A stretch of 59,345 nucleotides of DNA, counting the filler, from Chloroflexota bacterium (lineage in GTDB: Bacteria; Chloroflexota; Chloroflexia; QHBQ01), in NCBI GenBank assembly GCA_043754535.1. It is 5 parts of 5 records of this genome, joined end to end, with 100 filler letters (N's around TTAATTAATTAA, not from the genome) between each part and the next. Parts side by side here need not be neighbours in the genome. Positions count along the whole stretch, not along the records: positions 14,154 to 45,653 come from JAYUUN010000088.1; 4 more parts are not named here. One strand, written 5' to 3'. Every line of letters starts with the position of its first letter. The stretch's first letter is position 1. Positions 28,288 through 38,696 of this stretch are shown here, one piece after another. The notes under the pieces were generated by a model. It made no database searches, was not told the origin of the DNA, and saw nothing but the letters and a program-made list of their open reading frames with translations. Both the position numbers and the translations under genes were made by a program.

Positions 28288-29327
28288 TGGCTGCAATCCG
28301 ACCAGAAGCCACGCCGCAGAAGAAGGGCGGCTTCAACAAGTGGGGCTTGCGGCTGGGCGGCACCCTGATCTTCGTGCTGATCCTCATCTACGCCGTCTCT
28401 ACTGGCAAGCTGGACTTCAGCAAGATTGGCGACCACCTGTTGCACGCCAACTGGTGGCTGGCGGGCCTCAGCATCCTGCTAGTCTTCCCCTTCATCCTGA
28501 TGAAGTCCAGCCGCTGGCGAGCGATCTTGCAGAGCTACGGCATCAGTCTGACCCCCTGGCAGGCGTGGCGCATCTACGCCATCGGCCTGGGCGCGGGCCA
28601 GTTTACTCCAGGGCAGGCGGGCGACGTGCTGAAGGCCTGGTACCTCAAGGGTCTCGGCTACCCGCTTAGTGCGGCCTTGCTCAGTACGCTGATCGACCGC
28701 CTCTACGACATCGCCTTCCTCGGCATTATCGCCCTGGAAGGGGTACTGGTCTTCTCTCAACAGTTTGGCAGCCAGTTGCCGATAGTGCTGCTGCTGCTGG
28801 CTGGCGCAACCGCGGCGGTCGTTGCTCTCAGCCTGCGCCCAGTGCGCGAACGGCTGATCGGCCTCGTCATGCAGCGGCTCAGCAAGGGCGACTCCGATCC
28901 CGCTGCGGGGGGGCCAGGTGGCGACCACAAGCCCGACATCAGCAGTGTGCTGGCGGGCGGACAGAGGGCATTGTTGACCGCCAGCTTGTTTACCGCCTTT
29001 AGCTTCGTCATCTCGATCAGCCGAGTCTGGCTCTGTGCCGCCGCCCTCGGTATCAATCTCGATGTGTGGCAGGTGATCGGGGTCAATTCGCTGACTACCG
29101 TGGCCGCCCTGATCCCGCTTTCGGTCGGCGGGCTTGGCACCCGCGATGCAGTGTTGGTGATCCTGCTCGGTTTGCTCGGCTACGCCACCGCTGAAGCCAG
29201 CGTGCTAGCAATCGCTCTCAGTACGCTGATCCTGCTGCTCAATATTACCAACGTAGTTGTTGGCTACGTCGTCTGGTTGCGCTCGCCCGACCGGATCGAC
29301 AGCGCAGAGGCGGCAGCTAGTGCTTAG
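28287..29327 (+). CDS. LPG-synthase TM (UPF0104/YbhN) flippase-like membrane protein
   Basis: RW..IL, FTPGQAGD.LKA.YL, DRL.D, P.S.GGLG.RD. Confidence 0.85.
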   Translation: MAAIRPEATPQKKGGFNKWGLRLGGTLIFVLILIYAVSTGKLDFSKIGDHLLHANWWLAGLSILLVFPFILMKSSRWRAILQSYGISLTPWQAWRIYAIGLGAGQFTPGQAGDVLKAWYLKGLGYPLSAALLSTLIDRLYDIAFLGIIALEGVLVFSQQFGSQLPIVLLLLAGATAAVVALSLRPVRERLIGLVMQRLSKGDSDPAAGGPGGDHKPDISSVLAGGQRALLTASLFTAFSFVISISRVWLCAAALGINLDVWQVIGVNSLTTVAALIPLSVGGLGTRDAVLVILLGLLGYATAEASVLAIALSTLILLLNITNVVVGYVVWLRSPDRIDSAEAAASA

Positions 29328-29355
29328 GCTGGTAGCAGCAGGGGGTTTAATTTCT

Positions 29356-31245
29356 GTGGATAGCTCTGTTCGCATATTGGCAGGCATCGTTGCGCTTTTC
29401 TTTGGCTTCTTTATCGTAATCTCCACCATCAGCCGCATTCGCAAGGGGCGGTCGCCCGAACTGGCAGCCATTGCCGTCGCCATCCTGGTGATCGCTGCCC
29501 TCAGCGTTGGGTTCTATTTCTTTACCGCTGGCAGCGTCAGTGAGCCAGCGACCGACGCACAGACTGCCAGCCGCGAGGCACGCCTCTACGCGGCAGCGAA
29601 CAACCTGGTGCAGCAGCCAGGGGTGGGCAGCAGCTACGTGCGCCAGTTTGGCTGGCAGTCCGCTGCTGCTGGCAAGTCGTTGACTGCTACCGCCACCCTC
29701 AGCGCAAGTGGGGAGCTACGCAGCCAACCGATCTTCACCCGCCCTCGTGAGCAGTTCCACATCAGCTATACTGCGAGCGGGGCTGGCGAGTCGCAGATTG
29801 TCTGCCTTTGGGAGGACGAGGGCCACGCCGACGGCAGGCCTGGTGACAAGGCGGTGGGTAATGTGGAGAGCAAGTTGATCGCAGCGGGCCAGCTAGCTTA
29901 CTTTACCTGCACTGCCCCCGACAACAAGCTGGTCGCCAACTTGCGGGTGATCCTGCGTCAGTTCAATGGCAGCGCGACCTTCACCAGCGTGCGGGTTGCC
30001 AGCGACAATCTGCGGGTAGAACCCTGGCCCAACAACGCCCGTGCTGCGCTGGCCTTCAGCTTCGATTGGGAGAGTGCGATGGGTGGGCCAATCCACTCGA
30101 AGGGGATGGTGGCGCACGACTCCGCCTCTGGGGCAGCGGAAGGGGGGCGGATGCGGGCTGGCACAGAGCAACTGCTCCAACTTTTCGCCAGCAACAACAT
30201 CTCGGCCACCTTCTACGCCACTGGCTACGACCTGCTCGACGGCAATGCCGCGCGCACTGTCTACCTCGGCAATCCACAGTACAAGTGGGCAGGGGCAAGG
30301 AATGGCTGGGGCAGCGACTACTGGCTGACGCACGGTTGGTACAGCGATGACCCCTTCAGCACGGCAGCCGACCCCAACGGCGCAAACTGGTACTTTGGCG
30401 ACCAACTCAAACGCTTGCAGGCGGCGGGACAGGAGATCGCCAGCCACAGCTTCGGCCACCTCTACGTGCGGGGGGCATCGCCAGAGGAGTTGCGCGCCGA
30501 CCTCAACCAGTGGCGGGCTGCGGCTTCGGCTCAAGGCATCACCGCCACCACCTTCGCCTTCCCCTGGCGCAGCAGCAACAGTACGAAAGAGGATTACTAT
30601 GATGTCCTGCGCGAGGCAGGTTTCAAGGCCGTAACCCGCCTGTACGAGCCAGATATGCGCTACCTGTTCCACTTTGGTACTGCACCAAACAGCGGTGGGA
30701 TGTTGGTTGTCCCAGACTTCCTGCTGGGGCGCGGCAGCAGTGAGGAGCAGGCTAGCGAGGGGGGTAGCGGTGCCGCAGTGGGCAGTGTGCAGCAGGCCAC
30801 CCAGGTGATTAGCGCAGCGGTCGCCCTCAATGGACTGACGAGCTTCTGGAACCACCCCTCTGCCCTGACAGACCCTGGCGTGTTCCAGGTCTGGCAGCAA
30901 ACGGTTATTTACGCTCGGCAGCAGGCCGACGCTGGCAACCTCTGGCTTGCCCCGGTCGGCCAGATTGTGGCGTACCGCAACGATGCGCGGCAGGTGGTCA
31001 CTGTCGTGCGCGGCAAGAAGCAGACAGCGGACGGCTTCGAGTTGTTGGTGGAGGTTGGCAACTACAGTACGCATGACCTGCGTGGCCTCACCCTCAGCGT
31101 AGACGGCACGGTGATGGCGGTGGAGGTGCGAGCCGAGCGCGATGGCAAGCAGGTGATGCTGCCCGCTACTACCGCCAGCAACAAGCTGACCTTCGACCTG
31201 GCCGCCCGCAAGAGCGCGCAGGTGCAAGTGACAGTGCGGCAGTAG
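29356..31245 (+). CDS. Membrane-anchored polysaccharide deacetylase (CE4/NodB-like)
   Basis: AFSFDWE, ATFY.TG, QEIASHSFGH, FAFPW, W.HP; two N-terminal TMs; start uncertain. Confidence 0.8.
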   Translation: MDSSVRILAGIVALFFGFFIVISTISRIRKGRSPELAAIAVAILVIAALSVGFYFFTAGSVSEPATDAQTASREARLYAAANNLVQQPGVGSSYVRQFGWQSAAAGKSLTATATLSASGELRSQPIFTRPREQFHISYTASGAGESQIVCLWEDEGHADGRPGDKAVGNVESKLIAAGQLAYFTCTAPDNKLVANLRVILRQFNGSATFTSVRVASDNLRVEPWPNNARAALAFSFDWESAMGGPIHSKGMVAHDSASGAAEGGRMRAGTEQLLQLFASNNISATFYATGYDLLDGNAARTVYLGNPQYKWAGARNGWGSDYWLTHGWYSDDPFSTAADPNGANWYFGDQLKRLQAAGQEIASHSFGHLYVRGASPEELRADLNQWRAAASAQGITATTFAFPWRSSNSTKEDYYDVLREAGFKAVTRLYEPDMRYLFHFGTAPNSGGMLVVPDFLLGRGSSEEQASEGGSGAAVGSVQQATQVISAAVALNGLTSFWNHPSALTDPGVFQVWQQTVIYARQQADAGNLWLAPVGQIVAYRNDARQVVTVVRGKKQTADGFELLVEVGNYSTHDLRGLTLSVDGTVMAVEVRAERDGKQVMLPATTASNKLTFDLAARKSAQVQVTVRQ

Positions 31246-31293
31246 GGAGGATTGTAGAGTGCTGGCATTGCGCTCTGCTGGAAGGTTGGTTAG

Positions 31294-33918
31294 ATGAGCG
31301 ATAGGGAAGGTGGCTTGAGCGTGCCAGCGGTGCTACGGGAGCGGGGGCTATGGTTGAGCCTGTTGCTTGCTCTCGTGGTGCTGCTTTTCTGCTATCAGAT
31401 CGGCTCTGTCTACAACTTCAGCCTGGGCAGCTTCTACGATCCTCTCTATGTCGCTGACGGCTGGAACGCGGATGAGCAAGGTGAGGGCTACCGCTACCGC
31501 TGGACGACTGCTGAGGCTAGCTTCCGCCTGACCAACTTCGGCTACCGCTTTGAGGCAGGTGACTACGAACTGGATTTGGTGCTACAAGGCTACCGCAGCG
31601 GGGCTGATGGGCCACTCCCACCGCCGACCGTAACCGTTAGCCTCAACAACCAGCCGCTGGCAGTAATCAGCACGACGGCGGCGATGAACCTGCAAACGGT
31701 GGCTGTCCCCGCTCGCCTGCTGCTGACGGCTGGCCCCGACCCCCAGTTTACGCTTAGCACTGCCACCTTCAATCCTCCGGGCGATAGCCGCAACCTGGGG
31801 GTGAAGGTGCGTAGTATAATATTGACCAAACAGGGGGTGGCTGCTTTCCCGCTCCACCTGCCACCAGCATTGGTGCTGATCCTGAGTGTGCTGCTGAGTG
31901 TGCTGCTCTACACCATCTACCGCGCTACCCAGCGGCGGCTACTGCGCGGCTTGGGACTGATCGTGATCAGCTACGTTGGAATGGCTTACATAGCCGCTGC
32001 TCCACTGCTGCTACCCATCCTGTACACCTCGGTTGCCGTTACGCTGGCGATCAATGGGCTGCTCTACCGTCACCAGCTAGCGAGCAGTTGGGGCGGCTGG
32101 CTGGAGCGGCTAAAGAACGCACAGTATGCCCGCCGCTGGTTCTTGCCGCTGCTCGCGATCTACGCTGTTCTGGCCCTCTACCTCGTCTGGCAGGTAGACT
32201 TCATCGGCCACGCTGACTATGCGGACAATGCGGTGGTGGCCCGCAACATCCTGCACGGCAAGGGCGCAAGCGTAGACTACCTGGCCCAGTTCTACACCAG
32301 GTACCCGACGGTCAGCCACCCGGCGGAAACCTGGCCGCTGTTGCAACCACTGCTCACTGTCCCCTTCTTCGCCGTCTTCGGCGACAGCACGACGGTGGCG
32401 AAGCTGCCCAACTACCTGCTCGTCCTCGTCCTTGCTTACAGCGTGTTCTGGATAGGCTGTCGGCTGTGGGATGGGCGGGTCGGCTTCTTCGGCGCGATCT
32501 TGGCAGTCGCCAACCCCTACGTGCTGTCCATGCTGGTCTACCCGATCAGCGACCTGGTGACGGTGGTGCTGTTCGTCTGGCTAGCCTACCTGGTGGGGAC
32601 GCAACCCCAGATGCGCCCGTCGCAAGCGGAGTGGGGGCTGGAAGTGCGCCGCTGGATGGGAGTGGGGCTGCTGGCGGGGCTGCTGGTGTGGGCAAAGCCT
32701 AGCATGGTGGTTGCGCTGGCAGCTATTGGCGGCTGGGTACTGTGGCGGCTCTGGCAGGGGCGAACAAGGGCTGACTCTGCGGCGACAGCGGCTAGCCTCG
32801 GCCAGCGGTTGAAGTCCCGCCTCCAGCATCCGCTTGTGCTTGGCGTGTTGGTCGTGGGGTTGGTGGTCAGCCCGCTGCTTACCCGCAACCTGCTCACCTT
32901 CCACACGCCGCTCTACTCGACCGAGCAATACGATGCCTGGGTAATCAAGTATGGGCAGTGGGAGAACATCTACTGTGCCTACAGCTTCTACCAACCAGGC
33001 AAGCAAACCTGTCCCCTCTCTGAACGCGGCGAGTTGCCGAACCGTTCGTGGTTGTTGCGCTATGGCTTCGACCAGCTTTACAAGGTTGACGGCTACGAGT
33101 TGGGCGCATTGTGGGATGGTGGGCGAGTTGGCGGTGGCGCGGGCCTGGTTGGTGGCGATGTTGGTAGCACACTGGCGGTGATGCTGGCCCTACTTGGCTT
33201 GCTGGTTGCTGGACGCGGCTGGCGCACCCCCCCCCAACTCAGCCCGCCTCCGCTGGGTGAGAGGGCTGGTGGCGAACTCAGCCTTGCGCCGCTGCTGCTG
33301 TCGTTTGCTGCCCTGGCGGGGTTTCTGGTGCTGTACTGGCACTATGAGGCGCGCTACTTCCAGATTTTCGCGCCATTCGTGGCGTTGTTTGCAGTGGCAT
33401 TCGTCTTCTGGCTGGGCGACAGAGTCAGGTCCAACTCAGCCCCCCGCCACGAGGGGAGCCGAAGGCTAGCTATGCTGCTGGTGCCGCTGCTGCTCTTGCT
33501 GCTCCTATACCCGCCGATGCGCGAGCAGTGGGAGGCCGCCCCGAAGTTTGCGGGGGCCACTCCGCTGGTGGCGGCGGCGCAGTGGTACGCCCAGCATAGT
33601 ACGCCCACTGACGTGATCATGAGCCGCAATCCCTGGGAGTTCAGCTTCCACAGTACGCGGCCCGCCTTGATGATCGCCAATAACAGCGCGGCGACAATCC
33701 TTGAGGTGGGCGACTACTACAAGGCTGCCTACCTGCACCTAGACCAGGTGCGAGTCGACCCCAATCGGCGGTTTCGGCCCGCCCTCAACAAGCTGTACAA
33801 CCCCAGCTACAAGGTGGGCGACGAGCCAGTGAAGGGCTACCTACTGGTATACAGGGATCAGTACACGCTGATCTACAAGCTGACTCCTGGCAGGCAGGCG
33901 GTACCACCTGGCGGGTAG
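31294..33918 (+). CDS. GT-C fold (ArnT/PMT, GT39-like) membrane glycosyltransferase
   Basis: Multi-TM; ADYADNA.VARNI..G.G loop, WPLLQP, G...GL..W.KP, P...RN, RY. Confidence 0.8.
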   Translation: MSDREGGLSVPAVLRERGLWLSLLLALVVLLFCYQIGSVYNFSLGSFYDPLYVADGWNADEQGEGYRYRWTTAEASFRLTNFGYRFEAGDYELDLVLQGYRSGADGPLPPPTVTVSLNNQPLAVISTTAAMNLQTVAVPARLLLTAGPDPQFTLSTATFNPPGDSRNLGVKVRSIILTKQGVAAFPLHLPPALVLILSVLLSVLLYTIYRATQRRLLRGLGLIVISYVGMAYIAAAPLLLPILYTSVAVTLAINGLLYRHQLASSWGGWLERLKNAQYARRWFLPLLAIYAVLALYLVWQVDFIGHADYADNAVVARNILHGKGASVDYLAQFYTRYPTVSHPAETWPLLQPLLTVPFFAVFGDSTTVAKLPNYLLVLVLAYSVFWIGCRLWDGRVGFFGAILAVANPYVLSMLVYPISDLVTVVLFVWLAYLVGTQPQMRPSQAEWGLEVRRWMGVGLLAGLLVWAKPSMVVALAAIGGWVLWRLWQGRTRADSAATAASLGQRLKSRLQHPLVLGVLVVGLVVSPLLTRNLLTFHTPLYSTEQYDAWVIKYGQWENIYCAYSFYQPGKQTCPLSERGELPNRSWLLRYGFDQLYKVDGYELGALWDGGRVGGGAGLVGGDVGSTLAVMLALLGLLVAGRGWRTPPQLSPPPLGERAGGELSLAPLLLSFAALAGFLVLYWHYEARYFQIFAPFVALFAVAFVFWLGDRVRSNSAPRHEGSRRLAMLLVPLLLLLLLYPPMREQWEAAPKFAGATPLVAAAQWYAQHSTPTDVIMSRNPWEFSFHSTRPALMIANNSAATILEVGDYYKAAYLHLDQVRVDPNRRFRPALNKLYNPSYKVGDEPVKGYLLVYRDQYTLIYKLTPGRQAVPPGG

Positions 33919-34146
33919 AAGACTGCCTCTCACCAGGGTGAAGGTGTGGTAGTGGGTACTTGGCTAAGGCTTAAGGGTCTGGGAACGACTGCCTATCTTG
34001 TAGAGTAAGCAGCCCTCAATCGGCGGGCAACACTGGCTAGCCTACAGCAGTCAGGTTGTCACGTCTCACGATTGACCCTCCTGGTGGGAGGGGCAAGGTA
34101 CAGGTACAGTGGTTAGTCGGACTACCAACCGCACTGTGTTGTGGAA

Positions 34147-34221
34147 TGGAGCGGGGGACGAGATTCGAACTCGCAACAACCTGCTTGGAAGGCAGGAACT
34201 CTGCCGTTGAGTTACCCCCGC
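34147..34221 (-). tRNA. tRNA-Gly (TCC)
   Basis: GCGGGGGTAACTCAACGGCAGAGTTCCTGCCTTCCAAGCAGGTTGTTGCGAGTTCGAATCTCGTCCCCCGCTCCA folds as a full cloverleaf with encoded CCA; TGcTATAAT upstream. Confidence 0.97.
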
Positions 34222-34483
34222 TTACCTGTCAATTATAGCATATCGAGGCTGCGGCGGCAAGCAATTTGGTGCTGCTCATCTCCTTGCAGCTACACGTTTT
34301 TTGTACGTTGGCCGTTGGGCGCAGCTAACTAGTTGCCAATGATGGCTCTACAAAGTGGCTGGCTTAGCCCTGGCTACGAACTACTCCCCCCGGCGGCTGG
34401 CGCAAACAGCAACCCGCATTGTGGTACAATAGAGCGCAAGTAAGCTGGCGCGCTTTACAATCTTTTGGAACGGGTGGTATGTT

Positions 34484-35092
34484 ATGGACAGGCTGGCGAA
34501 GTTCCGTTGGGCGGAGAGGCTGTACCAGGTGGATGTGGCGGTCGGGCCGTTCATCATGCTGGCGGCTTTGGTCATCATGGCCGCCGGGTTGCTGGGCAGT
34601 GCTGGGGTGAGCGGCTGGCTATTGCTCCTTGCTGCCGTCGCTCTGCTACTGCTGATCGTCTATCACTTCAGTCCCAGCCGCCGCATCAACGCGCTGATCT
34701 ACAGGGCTACCCTGCTGCGTAGGGGTGGCACGCCTAAGGGAATGGCTGCGCTCTCTACTGGTGAACAAATACGGGCGGTCAAGACCGAGCTGTACAGCCT
34801 GCGCCCCAGCTTCGTCCTCAGCCTCGCTGCTGCCAGTTGCTTCGCGGTCTACGGCCTGATGCTGGCGACGATTGACCGCCACCTGCTCATCTTCGGATGG
34901 CTGGGCGGCAGCCTGTTGGCGCAGACCGACTCGCTCTGGTGGGGCATCCTCTGGCTGGCAGTAGCCGCCACCTTCGCCCTCGTCCCCTACAACATCTTCA
35001 ACCGCCTGCGAAATACGGTCACCAGCACCCGCCGCCGCCAAGTCAGCCGCCTGCTTGGTTACGACGGGCGGGTGGCGCAGCGCAAGCCGTGA
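34484..35092 (+). CDS. Hypothetical membrane protein (about 4 TM)
   Basis: Hydrophobic segments; co-oriented 19 nt upstream of purB. Confidence 0.7.
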   Translation: MDRLAKFRWAERLYQVDVAVGPFIMLAALVIMAAGLLGSAGVSGWLLLLAAVALLLLIVYHFSPSRRINALIYRATLLRRGGTPKGMAALSTGEQIRAVKTELYSLRPSFVLSLAAASCFAVYGLMLATIDRHLLIFGWLGGSLLAQTDSLWWGILWLAVAATFALVPYNIFNRLRNTVTSTRRRQVSRLLGYDGRVAQRKP

Positions 35093-35111
35093 GGGCAAGG
35101 AGAACTGAAGG

Positions 35112-36428
35112 TTGATTGACCGCTATACCTACCCGCAGATGGCTGCGCTCTGGTCGGGCCAAAGCAAGATAGACTACTGGCTGAAGGTCGAGATTGCCGT
35201 GTGCGAAGCCTGGGCCGAGCGTGGTACCATCCCTCCAGCAGCAATGGCTGCGATCCGCCAGGCGACGGTTGACCGCGCCCGCATGGAGGAGATCGAGCGC
35301 GAGACTGACCACGACGTGATCGCCTTCCTGCGTGCTGCTGGCGAGACGGTCGGTCAGGCCAGCCGCTACATCCACCTGGGCCTGACTAGCAGTGACGTGG
35401 TGGATACCGCTCTCTCCTTGCAGACGGTGGCCGCCGCCGACCTGCTGCTGATCGACATTGAAGGGCTGGCCGCAGTGCTGGCACGGCGGGCTGTAGAGTT
35501 CAAGGACACGATCATGATTGGCCGCACCCACGGTGTCCACGCCGAACCGACTACCTTCGGCCTCAAGCTGGCTCTCTGGCTGGCCGAGGTGCGCCGCAGT
35601 CGGGAGCGGTTGTTGCTGGCGCGGGCTGAGATGGCGGTTGGCAAACTGAGTGGGGCGGTTGGTACGCACGCCAACATCCCACCGCAGGTGGAGGAGCGCG
35701 CCTGCCAGATGCTGGGGCTGGCCCCGGCTGCCATTGCCACCCAGGTTTTGCAGCGTGACCGCCATGCGACCTTCCTCAACACGCTGGCAGTGATCGGGGG
35801 TGGCATCGAGCAGTTTGCTACCGAGATTCGCCACTTGCAACGCACGGAGGTACGCGAGGTTGAGGAGCCATTTGGCAAGGGTCAGCAGGGATCGAGTGCC
35901 ATGCCGCACAAGCGCAACCCCCACAAGAGCGAGCGGCTGGCTGGGTTGGCCCGCTTGCTACGCGGTTATGCGGTTGCGGGTATGGAGGATATAGCCCTCT
36001 GGCACGAGCGCGACATCAGCCACAGCAGCGTCGAGCGGGTCGTCTTCCCCGACGCTTGCCTGCTACTAGACTACATGGTGCGCCAGTTTACAGCGATCAT
36101 GGAGGGGCTGCAAGTCTACGCTGGTCGGATGCGCCGCAACCTGGAGGCTAGCGGCGGTCTCACCTTCAGTCAGCAGGTGCTGCTTGCCCTGGTCGAGCAA
36201 GGCCAGGATCGGCAGGCGGCCTACAAGCTGGTGCAGCGTAACGCGATGCGCGTGATCGAAGCCGAGGATGCAGGCGCGCCGCTGCCTGGCGGCTTCCTTG
36301 CGGCCTTGCAAGCCGACGAGGAGATTACAGCCCACCTCAGCCAGGAGACGCTAGCCCGCATCGTCAGCGACTACGACTACCATCTCAAGTACGTAGATGT
36401 TGCCTTCCAACGGCTGGGCCTGTTGTAA
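35112..36428 (+). CDS. purB: Adenylosuccinate lyase
   Basis: MIDRY, HDVIAF, HLGLTSSDV.DT, GRTHGVHAEPTTFG, GSSAMPHKRNP signature. Confidence 0.98.
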   Translation: MIDRYTYPQMAALWSGQSKIDYWLKVEIAVCEAWAERGTIPPAAMAAIRQATVDRARMEEIERETDHDVIAFLRAAGETVGQASRYIHLGLTSSDVVDTALSLQTVAAADLLLIDIEGLAAVLARRAVEFKDTIMIGRTHGVHAEPTTFGLKLALWLAEVRRSRERLLLARAEMAVGKLSGAVGTHANIPPQVEERACQMLGLAPAAIATQVLQRDRHATFLNTLAVIGGGIEQFATEIRHLQRTEVREVEEPFGKGQQGSSAMPHKRNPHKSERLAGLARLLRGYAVAGMEDIALWHERDISHSSVERVVFPDACLLLDYMVRQFTAIMEGLQVYAGRMRRNLEASGGLTFSQQVLLALVEQGQDRQAAYKLVQRNAMRVIEAEDAGAPLPGGFLAALQADEEITAHLSQETLARIVSDYDYHLKYVDVAFQRLGLL

Positions 36429-36485
36429 GCAGAAAGAGCGGCTACCCTGCGATGGATAGCCGCCCTTTGCTTATCTGCTACTGGT

Positions 36486-38054
36486 TTAGCGGTCTTGCAG
36501 GGGACCAGTACCACCAGGGCGGGTGCCACTATCCATATCTTCTGGGCGCACAGGAGTGCTGCTGCTGTCACCGAGGTGCTGGGTGGGGGGGATAGCTTGG
36601 GGTTGGTTGCCAGCTTGCGGCGGGGCAGCATAGGGCTGCTGACCGTACTGGGCTGGCGGCTGCTGGTACTGAGCAGGTGGCTGCTGGTACTGCTGTGGCT
36701 GGCCGTACTGAGCAGGTGGCTGGCCGTACTGAGCAGGTGGCTGCTGGTACTGCTGTGGCTGCTGTGGTGGCTGACCGTACTGAGTGGGTGGCTGTTGGTA
36801 CTGGGTCTGCTGGTACTGGGGCTGCGGTTCGGCGGCGCGTACCGGCTTGGGCAGCGGCGGGTACTTGGGCGCGAGGCTGAGGTAGAGGGCCGAGCCAGCA
36901 GCGGCGGGCAGCACCACGTAGATCAGCGCGCTGATCAGCGAACTAAACACGCCCACCGCCCAGTTTAGCGCAATCCCAGTGTTGTCCAGGTGGCTAACAT
37001 CGTCTTGATTAAGGCCCCCGCCAAGGCTACTGCGCCCAGCATTGGCGATGTCGTTGATCGTAAGGCTACCACCACCAAACAACGACCCTACGGAGCCAGC
37101 ATTGCCCGCGAACACTTGTCGTGTCAGGCTGGTGCCGAGGCCAACCAGCGCGTTGATTGCCGTGCTGAACAGGCCACTGAGCAGCAGGTAGATGACGGCG
37201 AAGATTACCACCGGGCCAATAGCGCGGCGGATCAGACTGAGGGCGCGGCCTACTGCCTCTAGCGGGCTATGCTTCTCCTTCGTCACTACTGGGAACAGGA
37301 TGAAGCTACCGCCTACCACGCTGACCACTACGATGATGTTGAACAGGATCAGCGGGATGAATAGCAGGTAGCCGAGGGTTGGCCCTACGGCGGTGCGACC
37401 CAGCAGACCGACCAGCGACTCGACTAGCACAACCGCAGTGTAGAACAGCGACAGCAGCAGCGGAGCAAGCATATAGCTGCCCATATTGCTCATTATGTGG
37501 CCGAGGGCCGCCTGCCAGGTCGTCTGCCGCCCGCTCTCCAACTCATCCATGCACATCTTGACGACGGTGCCAAAGACGACTGCATAGCCGACCGCAAACA
37601 GGATGATCGCCAGGATGCTGAAGATAGCCGGGCCGAAGCCGTTGCTGAAGTTGGGGGCCAGGCTAAAGCTACCAGTGAAGTTGTAGCCCTGGTTGACGAC
37701 GGCTCCGCCCAGCGGGGCGAACAGGCTGAGTACCAGTTGCACCAGGAAGGCAGCAATAATCGCGAACAACACTTTGGGCAGCGAAAGCGCGACCCGCAAG
37801 GCGCGTAGCACCGTGTTGAGGTTATCGCGCACAGTGGTATTGCTCATGATATCGTCTACACTGTTGCCGCTGAAGGTGTTGCCGAGGTCGCGGGCTATGC
37901 CCTGGGCCTCGCCTGCAACGGTGCTAGCAGCACTGCGTACCCCCTGCGCTACATCGCCTGCCGCATCGCGTACCCCTTCGGCAGCGTTCCCCGCTGTTTC
38001 GCGCAGGCGATCCCCAGCGTCTGGCTGGCCCGGTTGATTCGGTGGATAGCTCAT
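36486..38054 (-). CDS. Multi-pass membrane protein with Gln/Pro/Tyr-rich C-terminal tail
   Basis: AAAGGAG RBS; about 6-7 TMs; QQPPAQYG/QQPPAQYQ tandem repeats (36620-36820). Confidence 0.8.
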   Translation of the reverse strand: MSYPPNQPGQPDAGDRLRETAGNAAEGVRDAAGDVAQGVRSAASTVAGEAQGIARDLGNTFSGNSVDDIMSNTTVRDNLNTVLRALRVALSLPKVLFAIIAAFLVQLVLSLFAPLGGAVVNQGYNFTGSFSLAPNFSNGFGPAIFSILAIILFAVGYAVVFGTVVKMCMDELESGRQTTWQAALGHIMSNMGSYMLAPLLLSLFYTAVVLVESLVGLLGRTAVGPTLGYLLFIPLILFNIIVVVSVVGGSFILFPVVTKEKHSPLEAVGRALSLIRRAIGPVVIFAVIYLLLSGLFSTAINALVGLGTSLTRQVFAGNAGSVGSLFGGGSLTINDIANAGRSSLGGGLNQDDVSHLDNTGIALNWAVGVFSSLISALIYVVLPAAAGSALYLSLAPKYPPLPKPVRAAEPQPQYQQTQYQQPPTQYGQPPQQPQQYQQPPAQYGQPPAQYGQPQQYQQPPAQYQQPPAQYGQQPYAAPPQAGNQPQAIPPTQHLGDSSSTPVRPEDMDSGTRPGGTGPLQDR

Positions 38055-38391
38055 CCTCGTCTCCTTTCTATCTACAACTACATGGGCGTGGTTGTGCTGT
38101 TAGTTCACCTGCCTCATTCCCGCCGCATTATATCACAGAGTTGATTGCTGTCAACTACGCTTTGGGGCGCAGCATTATGGCTGGCAGCCGTGGGGCTGGC
38201 AACAAGCGGCCCCACCTGCCCCCTACCCCGTACCGAAGGTTGTAGCACAGCCCCAGGGAGTGGCTACCATCCGCCCAATCCGCAAGGCCAATCCGCAACC
38301 CCTAACCACCCAGGTTGGCACCGCTGATTGACAAGTGCGCCCCCGTCCCTATATAATGGCAAAGTCCACAACAGAGGTTGGGAGCGAAAAA

Positions 38392-38655
38392 ATGAAACTA
38401 ATCCTGGTGAACGTCGCCAACAACGACGCTGACAGTGTGATTGACAGCTTGCTCGATAGCGGCTACCGCACCACTCGGCTGGCTAGCACGGGTGGCTTCC
38501 TGCGCGAGGGCAACACCACCCTAATGATTGGCGTAGAAGATGAGGCGGTGGCTATGGTGATTGACATCCTCAAGCGCAGCACCCGCCCTGCCAGCAACCG
38601 AGCCAGCCGTGCCACCCTTTTTGTGCTGAAGCTCGACCAGCACGAACGCCTCTGA
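38392..38655 (+). CDS. darA: PII-like cyclic-di-AMP receptor (DarA/PstA/YaaQ family)
   Basis: MKLI..V...D, T.LASTGGFLREGNTTLMIGVED, AT.FVL. Confidence 0.9.
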   Translation: MKLILVNVANNDADSVIDSLLDSGYRTTRLASTGGFLREGNTTLMIGVEDEAVAMVIDILKRSTRPASNRASRATLFVLKLDQHERL

Positions 38656-38696
38656 ACACCGCCGCCGCGAGGTTGCGCCCTGAAAGCTGACTGGCA

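Noticed and set aside
29893..31227. Long antisense ORFs (for example 29893-31227, 51688-52965, 9225-10223, 48372-49289)
   Set aside because: Shadows of well-supported genes in GC-rich DNA; no motifs
33919..34146. Genomic island integrated at the tRNA-Gly 3' end
   Set aside because: No integrase and no duplicated tRNA 3' end seen in the contig
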